From the NCBI GenBank assembly GCA_050633305.1, contig JBOEGF010000002.1:287701-351700 (forward strand): DNA of 64,000 bases. Reading direction: 5' to 3'. How positions within the stretch are numbered: the first letter of the stretch is position 1; the number at the start of each line of letters is the position of its first letter. This stretch comes from Nannocystales bacterium (GTDB lineage: Bacteria > Myxococcota_A > Polyangia > Nannocystales > Nannocystaceae). Below, in pieces: positions 9,763 to 19,943 of this stretch. The notes below the pieces were generated by a model. The model was not told the origin of the DNA. It saw only the letters and a program-made list of their open reading frames with translations, and did no database searches. The position numbers were made by a program, and so were the translations under genes.

Positions 9763-10478
9763 ACCCCCGCCGTAACCCCACACCAAGTCGTGGCGACTGC
9801 AACGTCTTCAACCGGCCCCCTTGGAATCCGCGGACAACATCGACCATCGGGATTGTGGCCGAGCCCGGTGACGGGCGGCCAACCTCGTGGCGCACAATAT
9901 CGACGCCCTCGAGAATCCTTTAGCAGCACCGAAGCCATGGGGCTGCGTCGGTTTGTGTGCGTCGCTTTGGGGTTCCTATCATACGACCGACCGGCTCCGC
10001 GGGCGGGTCCAGAGTTCGCCCGCGGGTTTGTTGCAGCCGAGTTGGTCCACCACGGCAAGGCCTGTCGTTGTGCGATTGACGGTGGCCAAAGCGTGGTTCG
10101 ACCCGCGGTACTGCTCTGCAGTGCTCGTACACGCGACGGCGGTTTTCGAGGTGTCGTTGGCGGTCCCGCTCTCCAGCAAGTTATCGGCCGCGGCCGTGGC
10201 TGGGAGGGTCAGCAACGCACCGGCCAACAGGCAGGATGAGAAGAACATGCCGCTCATCACGGTGGTCGTGCCGCTGGGCCCGGTCGTGCTCACAATAACC
10301 TTCGTCCGCGAATCAACCGCCAGGGGTGGACCAACGTCGCTTTTCCACTTCGTTCACCGATTCGCCAGCTCGAGCTCAGTCCTCTTCGCGCCCGATTGAT
10401 GCAATGAATTCATGCCACGCGCGACGCCGTGACGTTGCGCCTCTCCCCGCCGGGGTGCGGCCCTTGTATGATTCGGCG

Positions 10479-11063
10479 ATGTTGCGTCGATCGTTCTTGG
10501 CCTTCGTGATGCTTGCCTTGCCGGCCTGCCCGGCCGATGACGCACCGGAAGAGGGGGCCGAGACGAGCACCAGCGGCGACACGACCGCTGCCGAGTCCAC
10601 CGCCACCATGACGGCTGCGAGCGGACCGGCGACCTCGACAGCGGGCGGCACGACCGACGACAGCGCGACCGGCACGGTGGACAACACCACTGGCTCGAGC
10701 AGCACCATGGGCTCGTCCAGCACCAGCACCGGCGACTACGGCACCAGCTCGGGTTCGACCGGCGCACCGCAGACGACGTACCCCGCGTGCGACCCCCGCG
10801 ACGAGCCGCCCTGTCCTGAGGGCTACGGCAGCTGCTTCGATACGATCCCCGGGTACAACATCTGCAACGTGACCGAGTGCGAAACGGAAGACGATTGCCC
10901 CCTTGCGGATGGCGGCACGGCCGAGGTGCTGTGCGCCGCATTCGGCGGGGGCACGTGCGTGCTCGACTGCCCTGACGGCCTCGAGTGCCCCGCGGGGATG
11001 GAGTGCGTGTTCTTCGAGGCTGCCGGCGTCGAGCGCTGCCTGTGGCCGGTCGACGGCGCATAA
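10479..11063 (+). CDS. Cys-rich lipoprotein
   Basis: MLRRSFLAFVMLALPAC lipobox; S/T linker; C-terminal CVLDC...CPAGMEC domain. Confidence 0.85.
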   Translation: MLRRSFLAFVMLALPACPADDAPEEGAETSTSGDTTAAESTATMTAASGPATSTAGGTTDDSATGTVDNTTGSSSTMGSSSTSTGDYGTSSGSTGAPQTTYPACDPRDEPPCPEGYGSCFDTIPGYNICNVTECETEDDCPLADGGTAEVLCAAFGGGTCVLDCPDGLECPAGMECVFFEAAGVERCLWPVDGA

Positions 11064-11484
11064 CGTCCCAACTGTCGAAACCGCCGGTCAACGGCACTCG
11101 TTCCTCGACGCGCTCGCTGAATGCGAGTGGCTGTTCGCAGCTGGGGCGACAGGGGTGGTGGGCAGGACCTCCCCCCATCATCGGCGGCCCGAGTTTCCCA
11201 CCGGGGGCCAAGAGACATGCACAGCCCGTGTCCCGCATAAGATGCTTCAACGGCACGGGCAACGACAGCTTCGACTCCACCGGGGATTGGGGCACGCTGA
11301 CCGCGAACGCCCGCGCGGTCGCTTGGGTGCAGTCGCTCGTGAGGCGGGCGGCCCTCGGGGCGATTCTGCAGCCCCCGGCCGCTCGTTGTCGACGCAGTGC
11401 CAGCAGCCATCCCGGCTCGAGGCGCCTCGTGTGCACTCGCGTGCACGGGCGAATGACTCGAGAGAGAAGTCGGAGAAGCGAGCG

Positions 11485-12036
11485 TCACAGCGGGCTCGCG
11501 TGGACATAGGCCCAGCTCTGCTCGTCGAACCGAGGGAAGCTCACTTCGCAAGGGTCGGGCGAGTCCAACCCATCCACCCGGGCGAACCCTTGCTCGTCCA
11601 GCGTCCCGCTGCGTACCGACCCGTCGGGTAGCCTCAGCCGATACTCCGCCCGCGCCACCGGAACGTCGTCTTGGTCGATGAGCTGAAGCTCCACGGCGTA
11701 GGCCTCCTCGGTCGATTCGAGGACCGTCAGATCGGACAGGTCGACCTCCGTCTCCGTGGTGGGGCCACACAGGATGGGCAAGGGCCTTCGGAGCTCGACG
11801 TCGATTCGGCCACGCCCGAGTTCTTCGAGCAGGCGATCGACGACGGATGTCAGGTCAGTCCCCGCCATGTCTGCAAAACGGGCCAGCTCGCGCACGCCCT
11901 CGGGCGTCGACCCGTGGTGGCGAAGCTCGGCCTCGACGTGCGGTGCCACGCGCTCGGGAACGGGGGGGCGTGCATTGGCCGTCAGGATGAAGCCCGGAGT
12001 GCGGAGTGTCCCAAAGGTTGCGCTGAAGTCAGTCAT
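11485..12036 (-). CDS. Protein with C-terminal transthyretin/carboxypeptidase-regulatory-like domain of the type seen in T6SS/VgrG-associated genes
   Basis: VELQLIDQDDVPVARAEYRLRLPDGSVRSGTLDEQGFARVDGL..CEVSFP; ATGA overlap with the amidase stop. Confidence 0.75.
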   Translation of the reverse strand: MTDFSATFGTLRTPGFILTANARPPVPERVAPHVEAELRHHGSTPEGVRELARFADMAGTDLTSVVDRLLEELGRGRIDVELRRPLPILCGPTTETEVDLSDLTVLESTEEAYAVELQLIDQDDVPVARAEYRLRLPDGSVRSGTLDEQGFARVDGLDSPDPCEVSFPRFDEQSWAYVHASPL

Positions 12037-13832
12037 GATGGCGTGGCGGAGGCCGGCGCAGCTTCGGCGTCGGCGGTCTCGGGGGGCAGCGGGGTCGCGA
12101 CGGGTGGCCGCAGTGCCGCCGCCGCGTTGTAGAGCCGCTCCGCCACAGCGAGATCGATCGCCCCCTGCTCACGACTGGTCATCCCTTGTCGCGCGAAGTG
12201 ACGGCGGAATCGGTCGGCCGCGGCAAACGTTCGCGCATCGAAGGCCCCGGTGATCCTCAGGGAGTAGCCGACGGTCCGTAGATCGGTCTGTAGCTGTTCG
12301 ATCACCGCGACTTCAGGGGCGTGATCGGGGCGGTCGACTCCGCCATAGTGGGCCGCGCGTCGGCCACGAGCGTCAGCATCACCGCGGTCGAGCTCGAGGC
12401 CCGCGACCGTCGTGAAGACTCCGCCGTAGGCCGTGGCAGGGTCGAAGCTTTCCGCTGGCACCATGCCCAGCCCTGCGTGCTCCAGGCGCTCCCATTCGAA
12501 ATGCAGGCCCGGGTCCCAGCGCCGTTTGCGGTGGTACGTGTCCCGAGGAACCCCGGTCTGTCTCCTCGCATTGCCCGTGGCGACGTCGCAGTGTCCCAAC
12601 ACGCGCGACCCCACGGTTGGGTAGGCCTCCGTGATTTCGCGCGCCAGCCGAAGGATGGTGGCGTATTGCTCTTCGGTGTACGGGGTCTTCGCCCGGGCCA
12701 TGTAGTCGTCGGGTTCTCCCGTGTTTGGATTGATGATCTCGATCCCCAGGGAGTGGTTGACGATGTCTCGATCACCACCCCATCGCCCCACCCCCGCATG
12801 CACCTTGGTGCGGTCGTCGGCGGTCAGCTTGATCGCGTGCCCATCGATGTCGAGCAGGTAGTTGGCCCCCTTGGTCTTGCGCCGGGTTCGCGCTGCGTCG
12901 GCCCATCCGAAGAAGTCGTTGAGAGGCCCGCCGACCCGCGAACCTCCGGTGCAGTGCAGCACCAGCATGCTGATCGCGCCGGTTCCCCCACGACGCGCCC
13001 GAGACCCTGGGTCTTTCCACCACTGAGGCTTGAGACTCAGCGGTAGCTGGGTGGTGGTTGGCGTCCACACCTGACGGTTTCCCACCCGTGCATGGGTCTG
13101 GGCGTTCGGCGGGTCGTAGGGGTCCTCGATGCCGACAAGCCGCCCACCGCGAAGCTCGATGTTCACCGACGCGGCCTTGTAGAGCAGCAGGTGGTCACTG
13201 CGCATGCCGGGCCCGGCGGTGTCCTCCGTGATCCGCTCAGGTGTGATGTCCACAGTGAACACACCCGTGGACGAGGCCGTCGCAAGCAGGCACGCCCCGT
13301 CGCGCCCCGTGCAGTTCCCCTCGGACAAGACATCCCCGTCTTCATTCCGTAGACGCACGGTGGCCGCAATGACCTCGGAACGGTCCGTGGTCAGCTGTCC
13401 GGCGTTGTCCCCTGGTTCCCCAAGGCTCGGTCGGCCGATGCCCCAGCCAAAGATCGGTCGGTCGTCCTCACTTTCGAGTTCTTCGTCCGGTGGGGGGGCG
13501 CCTCCCTCACCGTCCTCGCCCTCGAATGTCCATCGCTGGGGGTCCTGCTGAACGCTGCCGTCGGCGCTGCTCCAGGCCCACTCTCCCAGCCGCTCGCCGC
13601 GTCGCAGGGGGAAGTCTCGGCGGAGGGTCACCCGAATCGAAGTGGGCGCCGCCAGCACGTTTCCGGTGGAGCCGTCGGAGGACGGCGCCACCAGAGCCGT
13701 CCCCGCGTGGAGGACACCGCCGGGTTCCACGGGACGCAGCACATCACCATGGTCGGCGTCGTCGGTCGCATCCTCCTCGGCGGAATCCTCGATGGTGTCC
13801 GCATCCTGGTCTTCGTCGGTTTCATCGCCCAT
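12033..13832 (-). CDS. N-acetylmuramoyl-L-alanine amidase (Amidase_2) with C-terminal PG-binding domain and acidic N-terminal extension
   Basis: LVLHCTGG, HAG..RW, SLGIEIIN, YTEEQY, VLGHCDVA, DPG; QLQTDLRTVGY..TGAFDART..A..RFRRHF; no signal peptide. Confidence 0.88.
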   Translation of the reverse strand: MGDETDEDQDADTIEDSAEEDATDDADHGDVLRPVEPGGVLHAGTALVAPSSDGSTGNVLAAPTSIRVTLRRDFPLRRGERLGEWAWSSADGSVQQDPQRWTFEGEDGEGGAPPPDEELESEDDRPIFGWGIGRPSLGEPGDNAGQLTTDRSEVIAATVRLRNEDGDVLSEGNCTGRDGACLLATASSTGVFTVDITPERITEDTAGPGMRSDHLLLYKAASVNIELRGGRLVGIEDPYDPPNAQTHARVGNRQVWTPTTTQLPLSLKPQWWKDPGSRARRGGTGAISMLVLHCTGGSRVGGPLNDFFGWADAARTRRKTKGANYLLDIDGHAIKLTADDRTKVHAGVGRWGGDRDIVNHSLGIEIINPNTGEPDDYMARAKTPYTEEQYATILRLAREITEAYPTVGSRVLGHCDVATGNARRQTGVPRDTYHRKRRWDPGLHFEWERLEHAGLGMVPAESFDPATAYGGVFTTVAGLELDRGDADARGRRAAHYGGVDRPDHAPEVAVIEQLQTDLRTVGYSLRITGAFDARTFAAADRFRRHFARQGMTSREQGAIDLAVAERLYNAAAALRPPVATPLPPETADAEAAPASATPS

Positions 13833-13835
13833 GGT

Positions 13836-14480
13836 TCAGCACCCGTAGACCTCGCGCAGCCGGTCGCGGACCGCCTCGGTGCAGTTGCCATCGACGTCCA
13901 GACCGTGCGCGGCCTGAAAGTCGCGGATGCCTCGCTGCGTGCGAGGGCCTGCATCGCCGTCTGCAGGTCCGCACGAGAAACCGAGGTTGTTCAGACGGGC
14001 CTGCTGACCCTCGACCGTCTCGGCCGGGTCCAGATGCCCGACCCGCAGGTCCCAGCGCAACGGAGTCTGAGTGTCGTCGTCGGGGTGCAGTTCCAGTCGA
14101 GCTTCTTCAACCCCAAAGGCGACCGGGTGGACGATCGGTCCATCCACGGTCCCTTCGAATCGCTCGGCGCCCGCGGTCAGTACGTACTGCCACCCGTCGA
14201 GGGGTTGGCCGTCGCAGCCCCGCGGCGCCAACCGGAGCTGCTGCCGCGGTCTTTGCACCCGGAATCGGTGCCGAGCATCGACCCGAACCTCGGCAAGCCC
14301 CACAGCAGGGTCGGGAATGACGACCTCGTCCCCGGGCGCCAGGACGTCCGGGTTCTCCCTGCGCTCCCGAAGGGACGCGTTGTCGGGGTGTTCGTAGAGA
14401 TCCGCACCCCGTGCGAAGCCGTGACGCTCGGCCAGAACGGCCAGCGTTTCGCCAGCGACGACAGTGTGACGGACGGGCAT
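13836..14480 (-). CDS. LysM-like plus PG_binding_1 domain protein
   Basis: HTVVAGETLAVLAERHGF...NPDVLAPGDEVVIP; GQQARLNNLGF.CGPADGDAGPRT..GIRDFQ..HGL.VDG. Confidence 0.88.
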   Translation of the reverse strand: MPVRHTVVAGETLAVLAERHGFARGADLYEHPDNASLRERRENPDVLAPGDEVVIPDPAVGLAEVRVDARHRFRVQRPRQQLRLAPRGCDGQPLDGWQYVLTAGAERFEGTVDGPIVHPVAFGVEEARLELHPDDDTQTPLRWDLRVGHLDPAETVEGQQARLNNLGFSCGPADGDAGPRTQRGIRDFQAAHGLDVDGNCTEAVRDRLREVYGC

Positions 14481-15015
14481 CGGGGGACTCTCTGTGGAGT
14501 AGTGATTCCCGGAACCGGATCGTTCCCAAAAAAGACACGCCCCGCGGGCTTCCCGCAGAGCGTCGGTGATTCGAAGGATCCAGCCCGATCCTGGTGGCGG
14601 CGGCGAAGTCGGTGGAGTCGAGGAGGTGTTCCGTGACGCCGCCTCCAGAGGCGATGTGAACGTCGTGCGCGCCCGCGATCAGGAGTCCCGCTGGCGCGCC
14701 AATTCTTCCGTCGGAGAACTCGTCCGCGCGCCAGCAGTACAGTGCGAGCCGAGCGGGGAACCCGTGTAGAAAACTGCGGAGATCGGGGCGAGGCGCGGGT
14801 GGCTCTCGGCCCAAATGCGACAGCGCCCCCGACGGATACTTCGGGAGCGTCCTCGAAGATGCAGAAGCCAGAGCCGTAGCCGTGGGCTCGTCGAGTTCCC
14901 GAGCATCACAGCCTTGTTTGGTGCTCAACAGCATGGCGTCCGGACCGGCCGGTCACGGGTGAGTCGGGGGGGTTGGAGTCAGACCGATGAACGGCCTGTG
15001 ACACACTCCGCGCCG

Positions 15016-16206
15016 ATGTGGCAGCAGCTCAAGAAACTGTTCGAGCGCGTGTTCGGGTCCAACACGGTGTCCACGGTTCCCAATGAAGACGAGGTGGCCC
15101 CCAAGACCCCATCAACCCACCAGTACGAGGTGCTCACGGAGAGTCCGTGGGGCGTGCCTGTGCTCGATGTTCAGCCGCTCACGCGGCATGTGGTGACGAC
15201 GACGCGGAACCCGGAGAACGCGCGAAACAGCGTCTCCTACCGTGGGGACGAAGGGCCAGAGTTCTCGCGGCAGGCCCTCGAGGGGACCCGTACGACCACG
15301 ATGGAGCTTCGGATCCCGATCGACGGCGAGGTCTTCAATGGTGCGATCCACAAGCCGGCGGCAATGGAGGAGAAGTGGGTCCTCTTCCTTCAGGATGGAG
15401 AGCTCCTCTTCGTCCGGAGCTGGACTCGGAAGCTGGCTGTCCGAGCCCAAGTCGAGTTCACGGACAACGAGGCGATCGTCCGCTCGGCGCACGGTGTGTT
15501 CACCGACAGCGACGAGACGCCCGAGTACACGCAGGCTTTCCTCGAATATCTTCTTCGCGACTATGGACTTGGGGAAGGCCTCCCGATGCCAATCCCTTTC
15601 CCCTTCGAGCACCGTCATCACGAGGCCGCCTTGTTTGCGTTCTCGCTTGTCGGCCATACGGCCCGGTTCGTCACCCACCACCGCCCCGTGCTCGCACCGC
15701 CTTACCAGCCACTTCGGACCGTCAACGCACTCCACCTCGCCGTCGCGCAGAAAGACCTCGCCGCCGTGGACACAGCCATCGGTTCTGGGATCTCGCTGGA
15801 CGTCCTGGCTACCGATGGCCTCGCCCCGATGCACTGGGCAGTCGGGTTTGGCACAGACGTGGTGGCCGGGTTGCTCGACCGCGGTGCAGAAGTCGATGTT
15901 CGCTCGGACGAGGGAGCGACACCGCTCATGCAGGCCGTTCAAGGCCGAGACGACGACGCGGTGAACTTGCTACTCGAACGAGGGGCGAGCGCGCGTGCGG
16001 TGGACGAACGAGGCTTCAGCGCGCTTCACCGAGCCGCTGAGATGGGTCAAGAGCATACGGCACGCAGCCTCCTGGACGCCGGGGCTGACCCCATGTGCCT
16101 CGCGGGTGAGCACACACCGTTGACCCTCGCGCGTACCACCGGGGAGGCCGCGATCGTCGAGATGCTGGAAGCAGCAGTTGACCAGGGAAAGACGGATTCA
16201 ACCTGA
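15016..16206 (+). CDS. Ankyrin repeat protein with N-terminal domain of unknown function
   Basis: C-terminal ALHLAV, GLAPMHWA, GATPLMQA, GFSALHRAA, TPLTLA repeats; N-terminal AMEEKWVLF..FVRSWT; ATG at 15016. Confidence 0.9.
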   Translation: MWQQLKKLFERVFGSNTVSTVPNEDEVAPKTPSTHQYEVLTESPWGVPVLDVQPLTRHVVTTTRNPENARNSVSYRGDEGPEFSRQALEGTRTTTMELRIPIDGEVFNGAIHKPAAMEEKWVLFLQDGELLFVRSWTRKLAVRAQVEFTDNEAIVRSAHGVFTDSDETPEYTQAFLEYLLRDYGLGEGLPMPIPFPFEHRHHEAALFAFSLVGHTARFVTHHRPVLAPPYQPLRTVNALHLAVAQKDLAAVDTAIGSGISLDVLATDGLAPMHWAVGFGTDVVAGLLDRGAEVDVRSDEGATPLMQAVQGRDDDAVNLLLERGASARAVDERGFSALHRAAEMGQEHTARSLLDAGADPMCLAGEHTPLTLARTTGEAAIVEMLEAAVDQGKTDST

Positions 16207-16450
16207 GCGATGCCGTCGCGAGTCTCGGACACCCGCCATCTTGATGGCGTCGCTCGCGTCGAGCCCGGCAACAGCGAGGACGACACAGCCCGCCTACGGC
16301 GTCAGCAGCCTCTTGCCGACGTTCGGTAGAGGTCGGAAACTGCGCGAGCGCGAACGAGCAACCCGGCTCAGCCTCCTCGAAACTGGCCGATGGGTGCGGC
16401 AGGTCGTGAAGGTCCGTCAGGTTTTTGCCCGAAACTGCAAAAGCTAACTC

Positions 16451-16882
16451 GTGTATCGATTGTGCAGTCTCGTACTCCTCATCGCAGTCTCTGCCACCGC
16501 ATGCCTCGCCGCGGGTGAAGAACCCGCGGATTCGGAGGCCGCGGCGGTCGAACAGCTCGAGCGCGAGGCATGGGCCGACCCTGCGCTCGCCGATCGGCCC
16601 ACCGGTGGCAACCCATCGTTTACGGACGGACCGCGATCGACGGCGACACTGCGAGCCTGCAACGGACACTTCGATTGTCAAAGCGGGTGCTCGTGCAACG
16701 TCTCGGGGGTCTGTGTTCCTGATGGTTTCGGTCCCGCGAACCCGAACTGTTCGAACCCTCCGCTCAGCATCTGCGCAAACGAGATGGAGTGCCAGCACGG
16801 GTGCGATTGCGTGAGCGGCACCTGCGTTCCCGATGGGTTCGGACCTGCGAACCCGAATTGCGGAGCGACATCTCCGTTGTAG
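16451..16882 (+). CDS. Small lipoprotein with two Cys-rich repeats
   Basis: Lipobox ATAC; CQ.GC.C..SG.CVPDGFGPANPNC twice. Confidence 0.8.
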   Translation: MYRLCSLVLLIAVSATACLAAGEEPADSEAAAVEQLEREAWADPALADRPTGGNPSFTDGPRSTATLRACNGHFDCQSGCSCNVSGVCVPDGFGPANPNCSNPPLSICANEMECQHGCDCVSGTCVPDGFGPANPNCGATSPL

Positions 16883-17128
16883 CGAGCACGATCCGGCGAC
16901 ATGGGTCGCGCCCTCGACTCACCGGTGTCTCGAACGCCGGCGGCGTTGGGCCCTCGCGGCGGGAGGAGGTGGACGGTCGAGTCTTGGACCGCCGTCACTC
17001 GAGCGAGTCTTGCATTTCGGGAAGCCGGCCCGGCGGATGGCGGGGTTTGGCTTGGAACGGGACGCGAGGGGTGGCGGCCCGCCGACCGTTGCGGAAGCTT
17101 TCCGTAGCGTCGTACGTTCGAGTGGCGG

Positions 17129-18109
17129 ATGCTCTTGGCGTTGCCGATCGTGCACGTACTGTCGTGGATCGCCGGGGCTTCGGTGCCGCCCTCGGCCCAA
17201 GACGCAACGTGCGTTCGATGTCATGCACCCGAGGCGGTGCAATGGTCTCTGTCGTCACATCGGACCGCGTTCACGGGGAGCGAGTTCCAGGCTGCCTTCG
17301 CGGTCGAGCCAACCGCGTTCTGTCGCGACTGCCATGCGCCGTCCGACACTCCGGCGGTCGGGGTTGGCTGTCTGAGTTGCCACGAGGGGCCAGATGCCGC
17401 CGTTCTGGCTGGGCCTTCGCCGCGCTCGGACGCACCGGCGCCGCACCCCGTGCTGCGTACTCCGGCGTTTGCGACGACCGACGCCTGTGCTCGTTGCCAC
17501 GAGTTCGCGTTTCCCGACGGCGCGTTACGCGATGGCGTCGCGCTGATGCAGAGCACAGTCACAGAACACGCACAGTCGCCGTTTGGGAACCGTAGTTGCG
17601 GCGATTGCCACATGCCCAAGGTCGGTGATCGCAGGGACCATACGTTCGCGGCATCACGGGACCCTGACGTGCTCAGACAAGCGCTCCGGTGGGCCGTACG
17701 GCGCGTCGACGCGGGCACCGTGGAGGTCTCCTTGTGGGCTGGGGAGGTCGGACACGCCTTTCCGACGGGCGACTTGTTTCGACGCCTCGAAGTCTCGGCG
17801 AATGTGGTCGGCCGTCCCAAGACGTTGGTGCAGCGGTACCTTGCGCGGCACTTTGGGCCCGCCCGGCAGTCGAGTGGTGTGGTGTTGCGCGGGGAAGTCC
17901 GCGACGACCGCGTGCCCGCCAGCGGTGAACCTCGCATCGTCCGGCTCCAGGTCGATGCGGGCCTCGACGACACGGTGGAATGGTCCGTCCGCTACCAGCG
18001 TGTCGCGCACCCCCGCGGCTTCGATCCCCGGGAGGCGCTGCTCGATGGCGAAGTCGAGCTGGCCCGCGGCCAACTCACGACCGTCGACATCGCGGACACA
18101 CGGCCGTGA
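17129..18109 (+). CDS. Multiheme (penta-heme) c-type cytochrome, c554-like
   Basis: Five CxxCH motifs: CVRCH, CRDCH, CLSCH, CARCH, CGDCH; GHAFPTGDLFRRL. Confidence 0.9.
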   Translation: MLLALPIVHVLSWIAGASVPPSAQDATCVRCHAPEAVQWSLSSHRTAFTGSEFQAAFAVEPTAFCRDCHAPSDTPAVGVGCLSCHEGPDAAVLAGPSPRSDAPAPHPVLRTPAFATTDACARCHEFAFPDGALRDGVALMQSTVTEHAQSPFGNRSCGDCHMPKVGDRRDHTFAASRDPDVLRQALRWAVRRVDAGTVEVSLWAGEVGHAFPTGDLFRRLEVSANVVGRPKTLVQRYLARHFGPARQSSGVVLRGEVRDDRVPASGEPRIVRLQVDAGLDDTVEWSVRYQRVAHPRGFDPREALLDGEVELARGQLTTVDIADTRP

Positions 18110-18159
18110 CACCTGCGACCTTCGAGCGAACCCACCCTGAACACGAGCACGAACTCTCC

Positions 18160-19806
18160 ATGCGAACGACCCGTCTCCTTCTCCCCCTCGTGTTCGTCAC
18201 GCTCGGCTGTGATCAGGCCGCTGCCCCCGACGCCGCTGCCAACGAAGCATCCGCCCCCGAGCGGGGCGAGGCCAAAGCCGCCGCCGACCCCAGGCCACAA
18301 GCCCCGGTCCAGGCCCCACCACCGGACTCGAAGGCAACGCCGAAGGAGACGCCGAAGCCTGAGCCGGTCCCGAAATCGCCGTCCCCATCGGCCTCGGGCC
18401 CCTCCTTGCACCTCGTGGCGCGGGCACCCGCGGAAGACACGTTCGACTCGGCGAGGTTCCGCGTGTTCGGAACGCGCGATGGTCAGGTGTTCGCCGCGTT
18501 TGGTCCCCGTCTGATGCGTGCGCGGGCTGACGGCACGCTGGACGACGACCCGCGTTGGCTCAAGGGCATTCACACCGTCGAGCCCGAAGCGGTCACAGGA
18601 TCGGCTTGGTACGTGCAAACCGTGGGTGGGCGCTGGCCCGACGATCTATTCATGACGATCGTGGTCGAACCCAGCTGGCGCGCGATGTGGAACCCGCACG
18701 AGGTCTACAGCTGGTCTGGAGATGGCTGGCGGCAGCTCGAGAATCAGCGCGAGCGCTACCTCGCGTTTCCGCAGCGGCTCGTCTCGTGGGTCGAGGGGTC
18801 GGTGCTCGCGCTCCGCGGGTTCGAGCCTCGCTACGAAAGCTCGAAGTACTGGCTGGACAACGGTGGCCCCCCGCCGGCCGAGGAACAGGCGGTGGCCAGC
18901 GCCATCGCGCGGGCCAAACCGATCACCGTGATTCGCGGTGCTGGCCAGGCTCCCGACTTGGGAGACTCGATGTTCGACATGGATGCGCTGGACGAGGGCT
19001 TGCTGATCGCGGTCGCAAGCGAGAGCACCCACGAGGTCATCCACTACGACAACAGTGCCCGCACCCAGGTGTCGCTACCGCTCCCTGCCGTCGATGGCTC
19101 GAGCCTCGAGGGCGTGGCTTCGTTTGCCTCCGATCGCGCCTACGCATTCGGTGGCGGTGAGAAGTCCCCGTACTTGGCACGCTTCGATGGAAAGGCGTGG
19201 GCGGCGGACACTCCACCCCCGTGCGACGGGCCGATCATCGCAGTGTCGTGGGCCGCGGGCGCAGGCCTGTGGGCGATCTGCGACAGCCATGAGGAGGTCA
19301 TCGCGATTCGAAGTGGCGGACTGTGGCGACGAGCCGAGGGGGGTCAGTGGCAGGGGGTCAGCCCGAAAGACGGCGAGCGGACCACGTCCGTCGTCGCGCG
19401 GGGTGCCGACGACGTCTGGGTCGCCACCACGGGCGGCGTGTATGGGCCGACTGCCCCGTCCACCGTCCTCGAGTGCGCCAGCAACCAGGCTACGGCGACG
19501 ACGGTCCTCGAGTACGCAGACCCGGGGCCTTCCCTGCAGTGTGACGACCTCGCGGCGTTCTACGTCGTCCTCGATGCGAAGCCCGGAGCCCCGCGGCCCA
19601 CCCTCGACGAGGCCCTCGCGGCGGCACAGAAGAAGGTCGGTGAGTCACCGAGCCTATCGATCGCCGAGATCCAGCATCGTGGCGAGACCACCGTGGTTCT
19701 CCACGCCGAGACCTACGAGATGACCGCGAAGAATCGCAAGGCCATCCGCGCTGCGTTCGGTGATGCCCTCGAGGGCACGTTCTGCATCGACCGGCTCCAT
19801 CGTTGA
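18160..19806 (+). CDS. Hypothetical lipoprotein, beta-propeller-like
   Basis: MRTTRLLLPLVFVTLGC lipobox; Pro-rich linker; YLARFDGKAW and ADDVWVAT blade-like motifs. Confidence 0.8.
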   Translation: MRTTRLLLPLVFVTLGCDQAAAPDAAANEASAPERGEAKAAADPRPQAPVQAPPPDSKATPKETPKPEPVPKSPSPSASGPSLHLVARAPAEDTFDSARFRVFGTRDGQVFAAFGPRLMRARADGTLDDDPRWLKGIHTVEPEAVTGSAWYVQTVGGRWPDDLFMTIVVEPSWRAMWNPHEVYSWSGDGWRQLENQRERYLAFPQRLVSWVEGSVLALRGFEPRYESSKYWLDNGGPPPAEEQAVASAIARAKPITVIRGAGQAPDLGDSMFDMDALDEGLLIAVASESTHEVIHYDNSARTQVSLPLPAVDGSSLEGVASFASDRAYAFGGGEKSPYLARFDGKAWAADTPPPCDGPIIAVSWAAGAGLWAICDSHEEVIAIRSGGLWRRAEGGQWQGVSPKDGERTTSVVARGADDVWVATTGGVYGPTAPSTVLECASNQATATTVLEYADPGPSLQCDDLAAFYVVLDAKPGAPRPTLDEALAAAQKKVGESPSLSIAEIQHRGETTVVLHAETYEMTAKNRKAIRAAFGDALEGTFCIDRLHR

Positions 19807-19943
19807 ACGTTCGCCATGGGGCACACCCGGCCGCGACGGTGTTGCACAGGACCAGCACCGCAGCGGCGCAGCTCGATGACGGGCCCCGGGAAATCTTCTC
19901 CGGGGAGGGAACGCGCTGAGCGTCGTGGGTACTGCCCGTCGAT

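Noticed and set aside
9979..10293. Short - strand ORF with a signal-like segment
   Set aside because: Ends abruptly in tandem stops with no recognisable family; possibly a fragment, too weak to call
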